From Octopus vulgaris (Eukaryota), in NCBI GenBank assembly GCA_951406725.2, contig OX597819.1, positions 110,608,001 through 110,672,000 on the forward strand: a DNA stretch of 64,000 bases, read 5' to 3'. The first letter of the stretch is position 1, and each line of letters opens with the position of its first letter. Below are positions 26,300-47,580 of this stretch, piece by piece. The notes beneath the pieces are model-generated. The model was given only the letters and a program-made list of their open reading frames with translations. It did not search any database and had not been told where the DNA came from. The translations under genes and the position numbers were made by a program.

Positions 26300-27200
26300 A
26301 ACACTAATACTTTCAAATAACAATCTAAATATCAGAGTAGACACAACTTAAGCAGTTGATTTCCTTGAAGTATCATCAAACCTAGACAGTAACAGCCAGC
26401 CCACTTTATGAAACCTAATGATAGATCACTACAGAAGGGCGAAAGCTATTCCACATCAAGAACTGTGTTATAATATAAATCTATGCTCATCTAGCATATC
26501 TTCAGTTGCGGCTTCATTCAACAAATCATTACTATATTACGATATGCTGCACAATGTTAAGCATCTTAAATATAAAATGCAATACACAGCAAACACTATT
26601 TGCAACTTAAACTAATGGAAACAGCTAAAATGCATAATACTATTGCTTTTCGCTCGCTTTAATGTCCGAACACATCTTGTCAGCAATACAATATTGCAAA
26701 CCAAAAAAGTGTTAAAATTATTTAAAACTGCATACATAATCACGGTACAGAAGGCGTAATTATCAATACCAAAAGTCTATTGGACACCAACTCTATTCTC
26801 TTCACAATGACGTCACAAATTTATCGCTTCAATATATATGCTTAAAAATCTGTTGTGTACTGAGCAGAGATCCCCACGGAACACAGAAAATACTTTCAAA
26901 GCAAGTTTATTCAAACACATCCACTCCTTCCAAAGTGTAGATAAATGAATAGACACTACTTCGAGTAAGACCGTATATCTACTAAAATACTGAACACCAC
27001 ATATAACATCAAATCAATGATTATAAACAGTGCAAAGTCATTCAGTTAAAATGGAATCTGCAGCATGCATAACACGGAGGAGATAGATATATTCCATCCT
27101 GGGGCTACTTTGAGCTGAAAAATCTGAATTCTTCTATCATGCATAGCTCCGAGCACATACTTTAAAAAACTTCAACACAAGATTGCATTTGTATCATCTG
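26300..27200 (+). mobile_element. Highly decayed PLE (RT thumb / GIY-YIG C-terminus) of a different clade from the Neptune element
   Basis: Fragments FMKPND, KSVVY*AEI, TENTFKASLFKHIHSF, TTSSKTVYLLK, YNIKSMIINSAKSF, with multiple stops and frameshifts. Confidence 0.55.
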
Positions 27201-28236
27201 ACAGACCAGACTCTTGTTCTGTTTGGTCCATTGTCTAAAAATTATCTCCCTTACAGTATAAATAGCCACAAGGGTACGTGATATTTTTTAAAGTTCAGTA
27301 AAAAAAAAATGCAACCGAAATATCAAAGAGATTGCACCAATTTCCCTCTTGCTCTCATTTTCTTCTTCTTCTCGGAAAGGATCAGTAACGTTAAATTGTT
27401 TACTCCTCGTCACAAGTGAACTCATCGATCTGCTGACCAAGCGCTGCTGGTGTAGACCAATACCAGAATGTGGATGTTACCCAACTGTTATGTTACGAGT
27501 AGGTATTTTAGAGATCATTGGAAATAAAAAAAATAATAATGATGTCAAACTTAGGCACTAAGTCACGAATTCTAGGGATAAAGCCAGTCCATTAAATCGA
27601 CAGCGCTACATGTTTGTTTCATATCATATCTAGCTAAATACATGAAAGGCAAAATCAAACTTCGTCAGCAATGGATCTCAGAACGTAAAGAGACATAACT
27701 AAATGTATATCAGAAACACATGGTACCCTGCGATATAAATACTCTTCTAAACACCTATCTACTTAATGTTGATTACTGTGTTTTAAAATTACATTCGACT
27801 TACAAATTCCAAAGGATTCTACTTTGATGTTTATTTCTTCGGTGACGATAAAACCAATACAAAATCAGGTACTAAATTTAAATGCTATATCCTTCTTTAA
27901 TAGTTGACTCTTGGAAAGTTCAACATCAATAATGCTAATTTCTGCGAAATAGCAAGTCAAGCCACATCTTGGAACTATACATATCATTTCCACTTACGGA
28001 GCTGCAGAGATAAAATGTCAATATGACCTTGGTGGTATTCAAACACGCACAGCTTGACTAAGAATGGCACAAAACATATTTCTTGCATTTGTCCAATACA
28101 CTAACTTTTCTCTCAAATACCTACACCCGTGGTACCACTTTTAGTTAATTTGAATACAGTATATTCTGTACATCACGCTCTCCACAGCATTATACATACA
28201 TGCATACAAATATATTTATACATATGAGTGTACACA

Positions 28237-28270
<34 letters not shown>

Positions 28271-28865
28271 TTAAGGTATGTAGAAAAATACAACATGGAC
28301 AAGAACGTATAACTCTTAGAAGACGATACAATAAACACGGACAGGACATTCGAAACCCTCAGTCTTCAGTCAAGAACCGGATCATCGTAGTAATTTCGGC
28401 TGATTAATCTTGAGATTACTAGATCACGGCCAGCCCTCCAAGAAAAACTAAGCAACGAGCATTAGAAAAACTAAGCTGGAAGCGTAGATTTCCTGGAAGA
28501 AGGATCGAATGCATACGAACACCAAGACAGCAAAAGGGACAGATATAAAAAAACAATAATGGAATACAGAAACATGAAATACAGAAGCATTAACGGTGAA
28601 AACAACAAGTGTCTTACGACTGATAACAAGCAAACAAATTTTTTCTCTGGCGCATTGGAAGGAGCCTTTATAGCGGCGGACGAAAAACAACGATGTTAAC
28701 GTGACGATGGTCAGAAGCTGAAAGGCAGATTTCAGCCATCAGTCACGTGACAGAGAAGAGAGAAAAGAAAAGAAAGAGAAGCAAAGGAAGAGAGAGAGAG
28801 AGGAGAGAGAGAGAGGAGGGACAAACGCAACAAAGAGAGAGAAGAGAGAGAAAGAAGGAATCAGA

Positions 28866-28900
<35 letters not shown>

Positions 28901-28903
<3 letters not shown>

Positions 28904-29205
28904 GTGAAAAGGAACACACGAGTTGATATATATGAAAAAACAAGTCAAAAATAGAAAATGCTAAAATAATTTTATAGTGAACATTTCAGTACCGGTTTCG
29001 GTCATTTTGAGACCTTTTCAACTGTAACGATTAAATAATTAAATTTAGAAAAATTAGAAGAAATATTCCTTTAAAAAAACTTTTCTTCTAATTTTTCTAA
29101 ATTTAATTATTTAATCGTTACAGTTGAAAAGGTCTCAAAATGACCGAAACCGGTACTGAAATGTTCACTATAAAATTATTTTAGCATTTTCTATTTTTGA
29201 CTTGT

Positions 29206-29210
<5 letters not shown>
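28901..29210. mobile_element. Fold-back mini-element: perfect 129-bp inverted arms, each with a hammerhead, plus a one-sided tail, in (TA)n
   Basis: Arms 28935-29063 / 29082-29210, 18-nt spacer, unpaired extension at 28901-28925. Confidence 0.88.
29121..29158 (+). ncRNA. Minimal type I hammerhead ribozyme, U3-A8 variant (mirror copy 28987-29024 on minus)
   Basis: cag-TTGAAAA-ggtc(tcaaaat)gacc-GAAAC-cg-GTA-ctg. Confidence 0.72.
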
Positions 29211-29272
<62 letters not shown>

Positions 29273-29332
29273 TATATATATAAAATATATATATACATAC
29301 ATACATACATATATATATATAAATATATATAA

Positions 29333-29418
<86 letters not shown>

Positions 29419-29877
29419 ATGTAGTAATGAAGATAAACACAGACTTGATATAAATATATTTACACAGAGAACAAAAAGAATAGAAATATGGTAAGAAAAT
29501 ATGTAATATCGGATGTCGGCAGCTGTTTCAGGAAGCCTAAGGTTACGTGATAACTATAAGGTTTTACGCAATAATCGTGATAATCATTCTGATTATTACT
29601 TAAGTCGACTTCCTGAAACAGGTATTGAGTTAAGAAATTACTTATTTTCTTCATATTTATTATGTAATTTTTTGAGTTCCAAGTAAATATATTTATATCA
29701 AGTTGAGCTGTATTTATCTACATTATCCCATCTATATCATCGCGATTTGGATTTCCCTTATAGCCGCACTTAATGGTGCGGGCCTTGCCCTGGACAAAAA
29801 ATTCGGAGATTAAGTTCAATCCTTTTGAGTTCTATATATATTCTATACTGAGCATACCCCGCTTTCATTTATTGCAC

Positions 29878-29915
<38 letters not shown>

Positions 29916-29949
29916 TACTTCCAGTTTTCTCCTTTTGTCGCTACCATTC

Positions 29950-30154
29950 AATATGTGACAGCATGTGTATCTTTGGCGATTTTCTTTCTCCGTCTTCCCT
30001 TCCTTGGACCATTCCTTTTTGTATGTTTCTGACGAAGTGCTCCGCTCGAATCATTAAATCCTCCTTCTTTCTTTCCTTTCCTGAGCGTTCAATAACATTA
30101 TACTTGTTCTAAGTCCTCGCGTTGTTGTGTTTTCTCTTTGTTCATGTTTGGATG

Positions 30155-30158
<4 letters not shown>
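29950..30158 (+). mobile_element. Short element with decayed hammerhead, related to family H1
   Basis: CTGACGA-a-gtgc(tcc)gctc-GAAtC at 30029-30052, then the cctgagcgtt motif shared with H1; ends at (TA)n. Confidence 0.55.
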
Positions 30159-30233
<75 letters not shown>

Positions 30234-30311
30234 TGTGTGTATACATGTGTAAACACAGCACACACACTCACAGACGCACAAACACACACACACACACACA
30301 GAGTATAATAT

Positions 30312-30921
30312 TATTCTTTTCTACTCTAGGCACAAGGCCCGAAATTTTGGGGGAGGGGGCCAGTTAATTAGATCGACCTCAGTACGCAACTGGTACTTAA
30401 TTTATCGACACCGAAAGGATGAAAGTCAAAGTCGACCTCGGCGGAGTTTGAACTCACAACGTAAAGAAAGACGAAATAGCGCTAAGCATTCGCCCGGCAT
30501 GCTAACGTTTCTTATTTCCTTACTATTCACAAGGGGCTACACACAGAGGTGACAAACAAGGACAGACAAACGGATTAAGTCAATTATATCGACCCCACTG
30601 CGTAACTGGTACTTATTTAATCGACCCCAAATGGATGAAAGGCAAAGTCGACCTCGGCGGAATTTGAACTCAGAACATAGCGGCAGACGAAATATCTATT
30701 TCTTTACTACCCACGAGGGGCTAAACACGGAGGGGACAAATAAGGACAGACAAACGGATTAAGTCGATTATATCGACCCCAGTGCGTAACTGGTACTTAA
30801 TTTATCGACCCCGAAAGGATGAAAGGCAAAGTAGACCTCGGCGGAATTTGAACTCTGAACGTTACAGCAGACAAAACACCGCTAAGCATTTCGCCCGGCG
30901 TGCTATCGATTCTACCAGCTC
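30312..30921 (-). mobile_element. Trimeric SINE family B
   Basis: Three tandem Meta-like cores; junctions match those of the copy at 51443-52051. Confidence 0.88.
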
Positions 30922-31271
30922 ACACATTTACATGTCTTACATACATATGTATACATATAGAAACTCACGCATACACACACACATACACACACACACCCAC
31001 AAGCACACGCATAGTCTCCACTCTACACATGCAGTTCCCGACATAGTTCCACGTTCGTTAAGACGTAGTTTTGAATCTCATAGAAATCTGAAAACGGTTA
31101 AGTATGTAACTATTAATATAAACGGCCAACTTCAATTGCTCACAGCGATCATTTCTTATGTGCACAGACACACAGATTCACACAGATTCACACACATACA
31201 CAAACTCATACACATACGTCCGTATGCGTACATGTGTGTGCGTGTGTGTGTGTGTGTGTATGTGTGTGTGT

Positions 31272-31308
<37 letters not shown>

Positions 31309-31470
31309 CGCTAGATTAAAGAGAATAGCAGAAGAGTTATTGACATGCTGACTCAACTGCGTGTGAAATTTTACCATTGTAAAATCTAAATGCATAAGTA
31401 TATCAAATTTTTTCTAAGCTCAGAAACAATAATATCAAAACCCTTAAGCTGAGACGAGATTGCAGCCAAA

Positions 31471-31512
<42 letters not shown>

Positions 31513-31554
31513 GCATATATGCACATTAATTAATATCTATGTGTATGTATGTAA

Positions 31555-31591
<37 letters not shown>

Positions 31592-31594
<3 letters not shown>

Positions 31595-31887
31595 TATAAT
31601 TATAAACATAATTATAATTAGGGGTCAGCTAATTGCTTCACGAATTTAGAAATAGGAGTTAAGAATTCCTTTTCTACTACCGTAATAATCTCCCAAACAG
31701 TAACACACTTTTTTACGTAGGCAAAGAGAAAAATAATGAATCAACAGGACCCCGATTAGCCACAGACGCGTTTCAAAATTAAAGTGTTTAATTACTTACT
31801 TCTCATCATCAGTGTAGCATTTTCAAAGCTCTAGGGTTCAATATGAAACCCTAATTATAATTATGTTTATAATTTTACCTATAAATT

Positions 31888-31889
<2 letters not shown>
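31592..31889 (-). mobile_element. Hammerhead-bearing short element with 26-bp inverted ends, in (TA)n
   Basis: Inverted repeat 31598-31623 / 31849-31874; hammerhead at 31759-31818. Confidence 0.75.
31759..31818 (-). ncRNA. Type I hammerhead ribozyme, canonical core
   Basis: gctaca-CTGATGA-...aattaaa(cac)tttaatt...-GAAAC-gc-GTC-tgtggc; 6-bp stem I with one GU pair, palindromic ACGCGT, GUC site. Confidence 0.72.
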
Positions 31890-31930
<41 letters not shown>

Positions 31931-31942
31931 ACATATACATAT

Positions 31943-31973
<31 letters not shown>

Positions 31974-32086
31974 ATTTAGTACGTTAGTGCGTGTATACAT
32001 AAATATGTATATGCACGTATATATCTACATGTATATATATATATATAAATATATATTTATAACCTATATATACATTGTTTATAAGC

Positions 32087-32137
<51 letters not shown>

Positions 32138-32552
32138 CACATATATATTTATGTGCATGTGCATACATCAATATACGAGTGCAAGCATATATCTAGGCAA
32201 AGAAATACACACAAACACATATATACATTAATGTACAAAGGAACTTCCCTGCCTGTATGGTTTATTATTTCTTATAAATATATATTAATTATTATAAATT
32301 GAATTATAAACGTTTACGCAATCCGATAAGTTTATGAATATGCATGCACGTTGAATTATACTGACACAAACACAAACATCACATTCGTATATATATATTA
32401 ATATATATTTATATGTATATACATATAGACATATGTATGTGTGTCTATACACATGCGTGTATGTAAATATATATATTTGCCTGCATATATATATATATAT
32501 TTATATTTATATTTAAATTTATATCTATATATAATATATATGGTTATATGGT

Positions 32553-32602
<50 letters not shown>

Positions 32603-32812
32603 TATTCTGTTCACCTAAGTTGGAATCTGCACCTCGGAAATACTGTGGAAAGTACTTGTATAAGAAGTACCAAAGGCTGGGTTGCGTTGTCTAAACATAC
32701 AACGTGAATATTGAGTACAAATACTCCTACACAGAATCATTGTTGAGTTGTGCTGATTATACCGAATCAGCAAGGTGTCACAATTTAAGTACCTAATTAA
32801 GCTGAATCTTAA

Positions 32813-32860
<48 letters not shown>

Positions 32861-32865
<5 letters not shown>

Positions 32866-33199
32866 ATTGTATTGTATTGTCATCCTTTCTGTCTCGGGAG
32901 ACAATGGAGTTGCGCATGAAGTAGTCTAGTCCGGCTTTTATATTTCATGTCCTGATACATTTCCTGCTGTGGCTGTGTAGTCCTATCCTGGACAAACACT
33001 CCCTCTGGCAGGTACCGCAAATGTAGCGAAGACTGTTCCTGGCTGGTTGTAATGCCATAGTCTCTTGTTTACGTCTCTTCCTTTCTTTCCATTTCTCCTC
33101 TCTCTCTCTGTCACTCCTTTGTATTCCTTCTTTTACGGTACGTCGCCATTCTCCACGGTTGCCGGCAACTGCCTCCCAACCGCTAATATTGATGTTGCA
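32861..33199 (-). mobile_element. 3' fragment of an RTE-clade LINE with (CAATA)n tail
   Basis: Open minus frame CNINISGWEAVAGNRGEWRRTVKEG...RKRRK...YICGTCQRECLSRIGLHSHSRKCIRT* (stop at 32945-32947), short 3' UTR, tail caatacaatacaat. Not in the ORF track. Confidence 0.85.
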
Positions 33200-33339
33200 T
33201 AAATCTAAAACCGTAGTAAATAAATATATACAAGCTTATGTTAATTTATATACCCATGCATACATACATGTATACACACTTACATACGTACGTTCGATTG
33301 TATGTGTACATATATGTATGTTTTTATGTACATATAGCC

Positions 33340-33510
33340 ACTTAACACATTTTTTCTCTCCTTGTTACTCTCCTTGTTTTTTTTCTGTGTACCTTTCTGT
33401 AGAAGAGCGTAAGCTCGATACGTAAAAGACTTTTTCTATTCCTGAGCGTTATACTAATACATCTGTTTGTTTTGTCTTCGTCTTTTGTTTTTTTTTTCGT
33501 GAACTCTCCC
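33340..33510 (+). mobile_element. Family H1 hammerhead-like element
   Basis: cttt-CTGTAGA-a-gagc(gtaa)gctc-GATAC-GTA-aaag plus the conserved 3' part. Confidence 0.7.
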
Positions 33511-33546
<36 letters not shown>

Positions 33547-33550
33547 GATA

Positions 33551-33593
<43 letters not shown>

Positions 33594-34054
33594 AATACCT
33601 CCACTCATAAGCACAGATACATCTGTACGCATGTATATGTATATACACATAAAGATATATATATGTAGGTCCCTACATATCTATATATATATGTATACAT
33701 TAATATATGCATATAATTAACGTATATGTGCACATGTATGTATTTTTGCGTGCGTGTGCGTCTGGGATAAGGATGTGTTACCTTCGCAGTTGATGTGTTA
33801 TCGAATTAATATACGGAAAATAAATATATAGAAAACATTACACAATATTGAATCAATTTTTGTTAAAGACTTTTATTTGTATTATTCTTTTTATTGGATT
33901 ATATAATCGTCACGAAAACCATTTTACAGTGTAATCGTCGTGAAACTCGGATACTTTACCCCTGAGGAATTCCGGCTTTGACCTCGAAGACGACAGTGTT
34001 GATACCCCAGAATTTGGGCCGATTGATTTTCTGGAAATATCCTAACTACACACA

Positions 34055-34187
34055 CTGTGTTCCCTTCTGTAGAGGAGCGTAGGCTCGAAACGTAAAAGGT
34101 TTTTCTATTCCTGAGCGTTATACTAATACATCTGTTAGTTTTGTACACCACCTGTGTTCGTCTTTTGTTTTTTTCGTAAACTCTCCC
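34055..34187 (+). mobile_element. Family H1 hammerhead-like element
   Basis: CTGTAGA-g-gagc(gtag)gctc-GAAAC-GTA plus the conserved 3' part ending aactctccc(TA)n. Confidence 0.7.
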
Positions 34188-34206
34188 TATATATATATAT
34201 TTATAT

Positions 34207-34445
34207 TCTTTTTTTATTTGTTTCAGTCGTTTGACTATGGCCATGCTAGAGTACGAACTTTAGTCGAACAAATCGACCCCAGGACATATACGTTGTAAAC
34301 CTAGTACTTATTCTATCAGTTTCTTCTGCCGAACCGCCAAGTTACGGGGACGTAAATACACCAACATCGTTTGTCAAGGGGTGGTGGGGGACACACAGAT
34401 ACACAAATATATATATATATATATATATATAAAAAGAAGTCCGTC

Positions 34446-34481
<36 letters not shown>

Positions 34482-34642
34482 GACGGCCTTCTTTTAGTTT
34501 CCATCTACCAAGTCCACTCACAAGGCTTTGGTCAGCTCGAAGCTATAGTAGAAGACACTTGGCCAGCGTGCCACTCAGCGGGACTGAACCCGGAACCATA
34601 TGGTTGAGAAGCAATCTTCTGACCACACAGACATCTCCTGCA

Positions 34643-34645
<3 letters not shown>
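34207..34645 (-). mobile_element. SINE family A, full length
   Basis: Head, internal (TA)n with a short duplicated segment, and 3' module. Confidence 0.88.
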
Positions 34646-34705
<60 letters not shown>

Positions 34706-35327
34706 ATATATGAGTATATATATAGTGTATATATCAAACAACTCTATGTCAGACAACGCAGAGAATGTAAACGATAAACTTTAAACAGTTGAATTGTAAG
34801 TGGCTATATACCCTGAAGAAAATGCATCGGTATGATAGTACATCTGTAATTGTAACGTTTACTTATCGGTGCAGTTGAAACTGATGAAAAAAAAAATTAC
34901 TACGACACCACAGACCGAATATTAACTGTCGGACCTATGTCCCTCATTCTGAACAGCCATTTCAAAACCGTCCGTCCCCCCTCTGCCCCACACTATATGT
35001 AAATATACACGAAGACATATATCGTAAATCCCGCATTGGATAAAGGCCTGATGTATGCTTTCTTCAACACGCTATAAGATCTTTCTATGCTTACTTTGAG
35101 ACTGCAGCTCAAACAATTATATGGAGTATTAAACTTGGGTTACATAAACTTTCAAGTTTTTAGCCTCGACTTATGCACATACACACATATATATCTATAT
35201 GTATATTCAGATACATATTTGTGTATATATGTATGTATATATGTGTATATATGTATGTATATATAAATACATATATGTGCGTACATATTTATATAGGCAT
35301 ACAAACATACATACATACATATCTATG

Positions 35328-35366
<39 letters not shown>

Positions 35367-36046
35367 TTATACACATATAAATATATATGCATATACACAG
35401 CTATATATACATATATATATTTATATCACTATACACACAGATATATATAAGTATGTATATATGTAATGTATATACATATATACATATTAATATTAGTATA
35501 TATTTATGTGTGTAGACACACATACATGCACACACATATATGTATACATATGTGTGTGTATATATATATATATATACACAAATAGATAAAATCATATACA
35601 AATATATAAACGTATATGCAAAGACATACACACATACTAATATACATACATATATATACATGAATGATATATAATATAATACGTTGATACGCACATATAC
35701 AATGACAAACACGCACAGAGATGTACACACACACACACATAACCGTGTGAATGTATGCACGTGTGTTTCGATGCTTTTATTATGTTGTTAGTGTATCTAT
35801 GTATACAAATGCACATTATATATTGATACATGTATATGTGTGCATGTATACATACATGTCTATCTGAAACACACACACACATAAACATATATAGACACAC
35901 ACGCACAAACACATATGCAAACACGGGTATGCATACATATACCCCTGCGTGTGCGTCCGTGCAATGGTAAATATGTGTTTAGCGTATGTACATTTCAGCA
36001 GATATATGAGAGAATATATGTAATAAAGTCCCAGTTTAAGAACGAA

Positions 36047-36134
<88 letters not shown>

Positions 36135-36153
36135 CAAAAACACATATACGAGT

Positions 36154-36538
36154 GTGTGGAGGTGCAATAGGGCAGTGGTTAGGGCGCAGCGAACTCGCGG
36201 TCGTAGAATCGCGGTTTCCATTACCAGACCGGGCGCTGTGAGTGTTTATTGAGCAAAACCACCTAAAGCTCCACGAGGCTTCGGAAGGGGTGATGGCGAA
36301 ACATCCTGTACCCTTTTACCACAACTTTCTCTTACTCTTTCTTCCTATTCCTGTTGTACTAGTATTTCAAAGGCCCAGCATTGTCACACTCTGTGTCACT
36401 CTGAATCTCCCTGAGATATACGTTAAGGGTACACATGTCTGTAGAGTGCTCAGCCACTTGCACGTTAATTTCATGAGCAGGCCGTTCCGTTGATCTGATC
36501 AACAGGAGCCCTCGTCGGCGCAACGGACTGAGTGCCAA
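36154..36538 (+). mobile_element. SINE family C (tRNA-like head, distinct 3' module)
   Basis: A-box-like tagggcagtggttag; 3' ~180 bp aligns with 46980-47155. Confidence 0.7.
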
Positions 36539-36549
36539 ATATATATATA

Positions 36550-36742
<193 letters not shown>

Positions 36743-36801
36743 GTATATATGTATGTATATATGTCAGTATATATATATATGTATATGTATATATATATGT
36801 A

Positions 36802-36843
<42 letters not shown>

Positions 36844-36844
36844 G

Positions 36845-36914
<70 letters not shown>

Positions 36915-36948
36915 TAGCTAGCTAGCTAGCTAGCTAGATAGATAGATG

Positions 36949-36991
<43 letters not shown>

Positions 36992-36992
36992 G

Positions 36993-37024
<32 letters not shown>

Positions 37025-37200
37025 CTCATATATAATTATATATATAATCATTTATGCTTTTATAAATGTATAGAAATGACTTAAGGCAAACAACAAGATA
37101 CCCATCATTCACATGTATGACATTTTCACGAGTAATTTTAATAATAAGAAAAGTAATAATAATAATGATGATGATAATGATGATAATGATAATAATAATG

Positions 37201-37276
<76 letters not shown>

Positions 37277-37477
37277 GATCAATAATAATGAACTAATAAT
37301 GAATATTAATAATAATGACAAAATCCCCGATAACACGTATACCCAGTCTGAATCCATGCATACAAACATATATTCAGAAACTCAACACCCACTCCTATAT
37401 ATATATGCATAAACGCACACACACGCATACACATACACTCTGAGTGATAGACTGTTATAAGATATATATGATACATA

Positions 37478-37543
<66 letters not shown>

Positions 37544-37720
37544 GATGTATGTGTATGTGTATGTGAATGTGTGTAAGTGTAAGTGTGCCCATACAACCAG
37601 ATAAACAGGCATACATGCGCATAACACAGAGGTAGTGCACAAACACAGTGCTGAATCACACACAAAGCAACATGCTTACACACACACATACACACACGCA
37701 CACACGCACACACACACACA

Positions 37721-37790
<70 letters not shown>

Positions 37791-38039
37791 TAAACATATG
37801 TATATACATGTCTATCTTTATATATGCATACATATATATATATATATATATACATACACATATACACAAACACATATGTATATCTTTATGTATGTTTGTA
37901 TATGTGTATATGTCACTGGAGTGAAATTATGGTTATATCTATATACTCATCAGTGTAAGTATGCGAGTATTCACGTGTGTGTAGGGTGTGCGCATGGATA
38001 CATGAACACGCAAACATACACATATATACATACACATGC

Positions 38040-38078
<39 letters not shown>

Positions 38079-38586
38079 TGTATTTATATATATAAACACA
38101 CACACACACACACACATATACATATATGAATACACATTTACTCGTATACACTTTATCTTATTGATTGCGATGTTTATTCAACATCAAATGCTGCCTCATT
38201 ACTAAGACTGTTGAAAACTCATACATACATACATATATATATACATTTATATATATATATATATGTATATATATGCATGTATATGTACTATGTATTTTGA
38301 TACACATATGTATATTTATGCACATATATATGTATATACATACATACGTATATAAGTACATGTTTGTGCAAAGATATATATATATATATATGTATGTATA
38401 TGCATATATATAAAATCTTATATTTATATATATAAATATTTGGCTATCAATTTATCTCTCCTGGCGTGTGTGTGTATTTGTGTACGCTTGTGTCAGTTTG
38501 TGTGTTTGTAGCTGTAGGCATTACAAAAATTTCTACCATATACGTGCTCATATTTAAGACCATCTAAATGCTTTTCGTGTGTGCTC

Positions 38587-38643
<57 letters not shown>

Positions 38644-38716
38644 GTACAGAAGCATCTAGACACAGATATATGTATATATATATATATACATACGTATATA
38701 TATATATATATATACA

Positions 38717-38754
<38 letters not shown>

Positions 38755-38840
38755 TATATACATATATATATACATAGATATATACATATATAAACTTGAT
38801 GAAACATCTACAGACAGGTTTATATCTATTTATCTATCTA

Positions 38841-38925
<85 letters not shown>

Positions 38926-38942
38926 GTATTAATATGTATATA

Positions 38943-38994
<52 letters not shown>

Positions 38995-39600
38995 CATATA
39001 TGATTATACGTACATAACTTCGTCTCTGTATGCATATAACAGTGAGTGTGTGTGTGCGTGTGTGTGTATGTATTTGTGTGTGTGTGTGTGCGCGTGTTTA
39101 TGTGTGAGTGTTCGTTTGTTTATTTGTTTGTTTGTACGTTTGTCTGCAGGCAAAGATGTTATAGGCTTCCATCATTAAAGATACACAAAACAGTCAGCAA
39201 ACCGAAAGCTGCGTTTTCATATAAATCACTCTTTAGCTGGGTTTGTTGTCCAATTTTAAATGGTCCATCACTCAAACAGTTTCTTCCTCCCACTCTCTCC
39301 CTCTGTCTATCTTACTTTCTCCGTCATTCTCTTTTAATTTTCTTACTCTTTCTCACATACTCGAGCTTTATATCTCTCTTGTACTCTCACTCACGCTCTT
39401 TCCTTTTCACTCGCTTCTTCTCTCTTATTTTCTTCTCCTCTTTGTACCTCTCTTTATATAATTCCTACGCTTTCTTCCACGCCTTTCCCGCTCATAAGCG
39501 CATATACACAGAGACGCATAAAAATCAAACACGAAGCACATAAAATACAGCTATATACAAATGTGTGTGTGTGCGTATATATATATATATATATATATAT

Positions 39601-39637
<37 letters not shown>

Positions 39638-39733
39638 TACACGCACACACGCACATAAACATACACATAAATATATATGCATGTAGTATAGATATATATG
39701 TATGTGCGTTTGCATATACGCATATATACATAT

Positions 39734-39797
<64 letters not shown>

Positions 39798-39890
39798 GTG
39801 TATATATATAGATATATGTATTTGTGTGTGTATGTACATATACGAATGTATATATACATATCTACATCTATATATACATACATATATATG

Positions 39891-39938
<48 letters not shown>

Positions 39939-40075
39939 ATATATGATTATACACACACATATATATATACACACAAACACGCACCCACACACAGAAACAC
40001 ACACACATCTATATATACCCGTATATATTTATACATACACGTCACAAAATATATATATATATATATATATATATT

Positions 40076-40133
<58 letters not shown>

Positions 40134-40239
40134 ATATTTTTATGTATGTATATTTTTGCGTGTATGTAATGTGTGTATATGTTTACATCATTTATTCTCG
40201 TCGCTCTCTTGATCATCAACCATTATTATCACCGACATA

Positions 40240-46800
<6,561 letters not shown>

Positions 46801-46834
46801 TTGCTTTAAGGGTGATGATTGTAGCGGTATTAGT

Positions 46835-47157
46835 GAAGGCACATGGCTTGGTGATAAGGGTATTCGGCTAACGGTCGTAAGGTAGTGAGTTCAATTCCCG
46901 GCGATGCATTGTGTCCTTGAGCAAGACACTTTATTTCACAGTGCGCCAGTCCTTTCAGCTGGCAAAAATTAATTGTACCTGCATTTCAAAAGGCCAGACT
47001 TGACACACTCTATGTCGCGATAAATCTCCGTGAGAACTACGTTAAGGGGACACATTTCTGTGGACTAATTGATCACTTGCACGCTAATCCCCAAAGCAGA
47101 CTGTTCTGTTGATCGAATCAACTTGAACCCTCGTCCTCGTAACTGACGGAGTGCTAG
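46835..47157 (+). mobile_element. SINE family C variant
   Basis: Head tggcttggtgataagg...gagttcaattcc, gtgtccttgagcaagacact box, 3' module shared with the 36154 copy. Confidence 0.72.
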
Positions 47158-47502
47158 TTTTATTTTTGTTGTTGCGGTATTTGTGAAATGTTTGATGATG
47201 ATAAAGAATAAAGAATAAGGAGTAGAATTTTCTATGAGATATTCTATTGTTCGGGATTTCCAGAGATGATATTGATGATCACTGCCGATACTTACGTAAA
47301 ACAGGAAACTAGTCAATTCTGATCTCATTTCCCGCTATTGAAAGTTCCTGTGCCTTATATATGCATGAAGCTAAATCCATTTTAAAGATGGCATCAACAA
47401 TGACAAAAGCTGAGAAACTGGTTAATTGTGAGTTCTTCATTTTAGTTTTACAGGAATTTCGAGACTCATATATACACACACACACAAACACACACACACA
47501 TG

Positions 47503-47580
<78 letters not shown>

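Noticed and set aside
28273-28867. ~600-bp unique stretch between (TA)n runs with ctgaaga on the minus strand
   Set aside because: Probably a repeat element, but I could not build a hammerhead fold or find a protein motif, so it is left unassigned.
30312-30921. Tandem units resembling a CRISPR array or satellite
   Set aside because: Units are long SINE modules without unique spacers, the context is eukaryotic, and there are no cas genes.
47296-47409. 114-bp minus-strand segment between tttctcag and gtaagt, resembling an exon
   Set aside because: All three frames contain stop codons and there is no other support.
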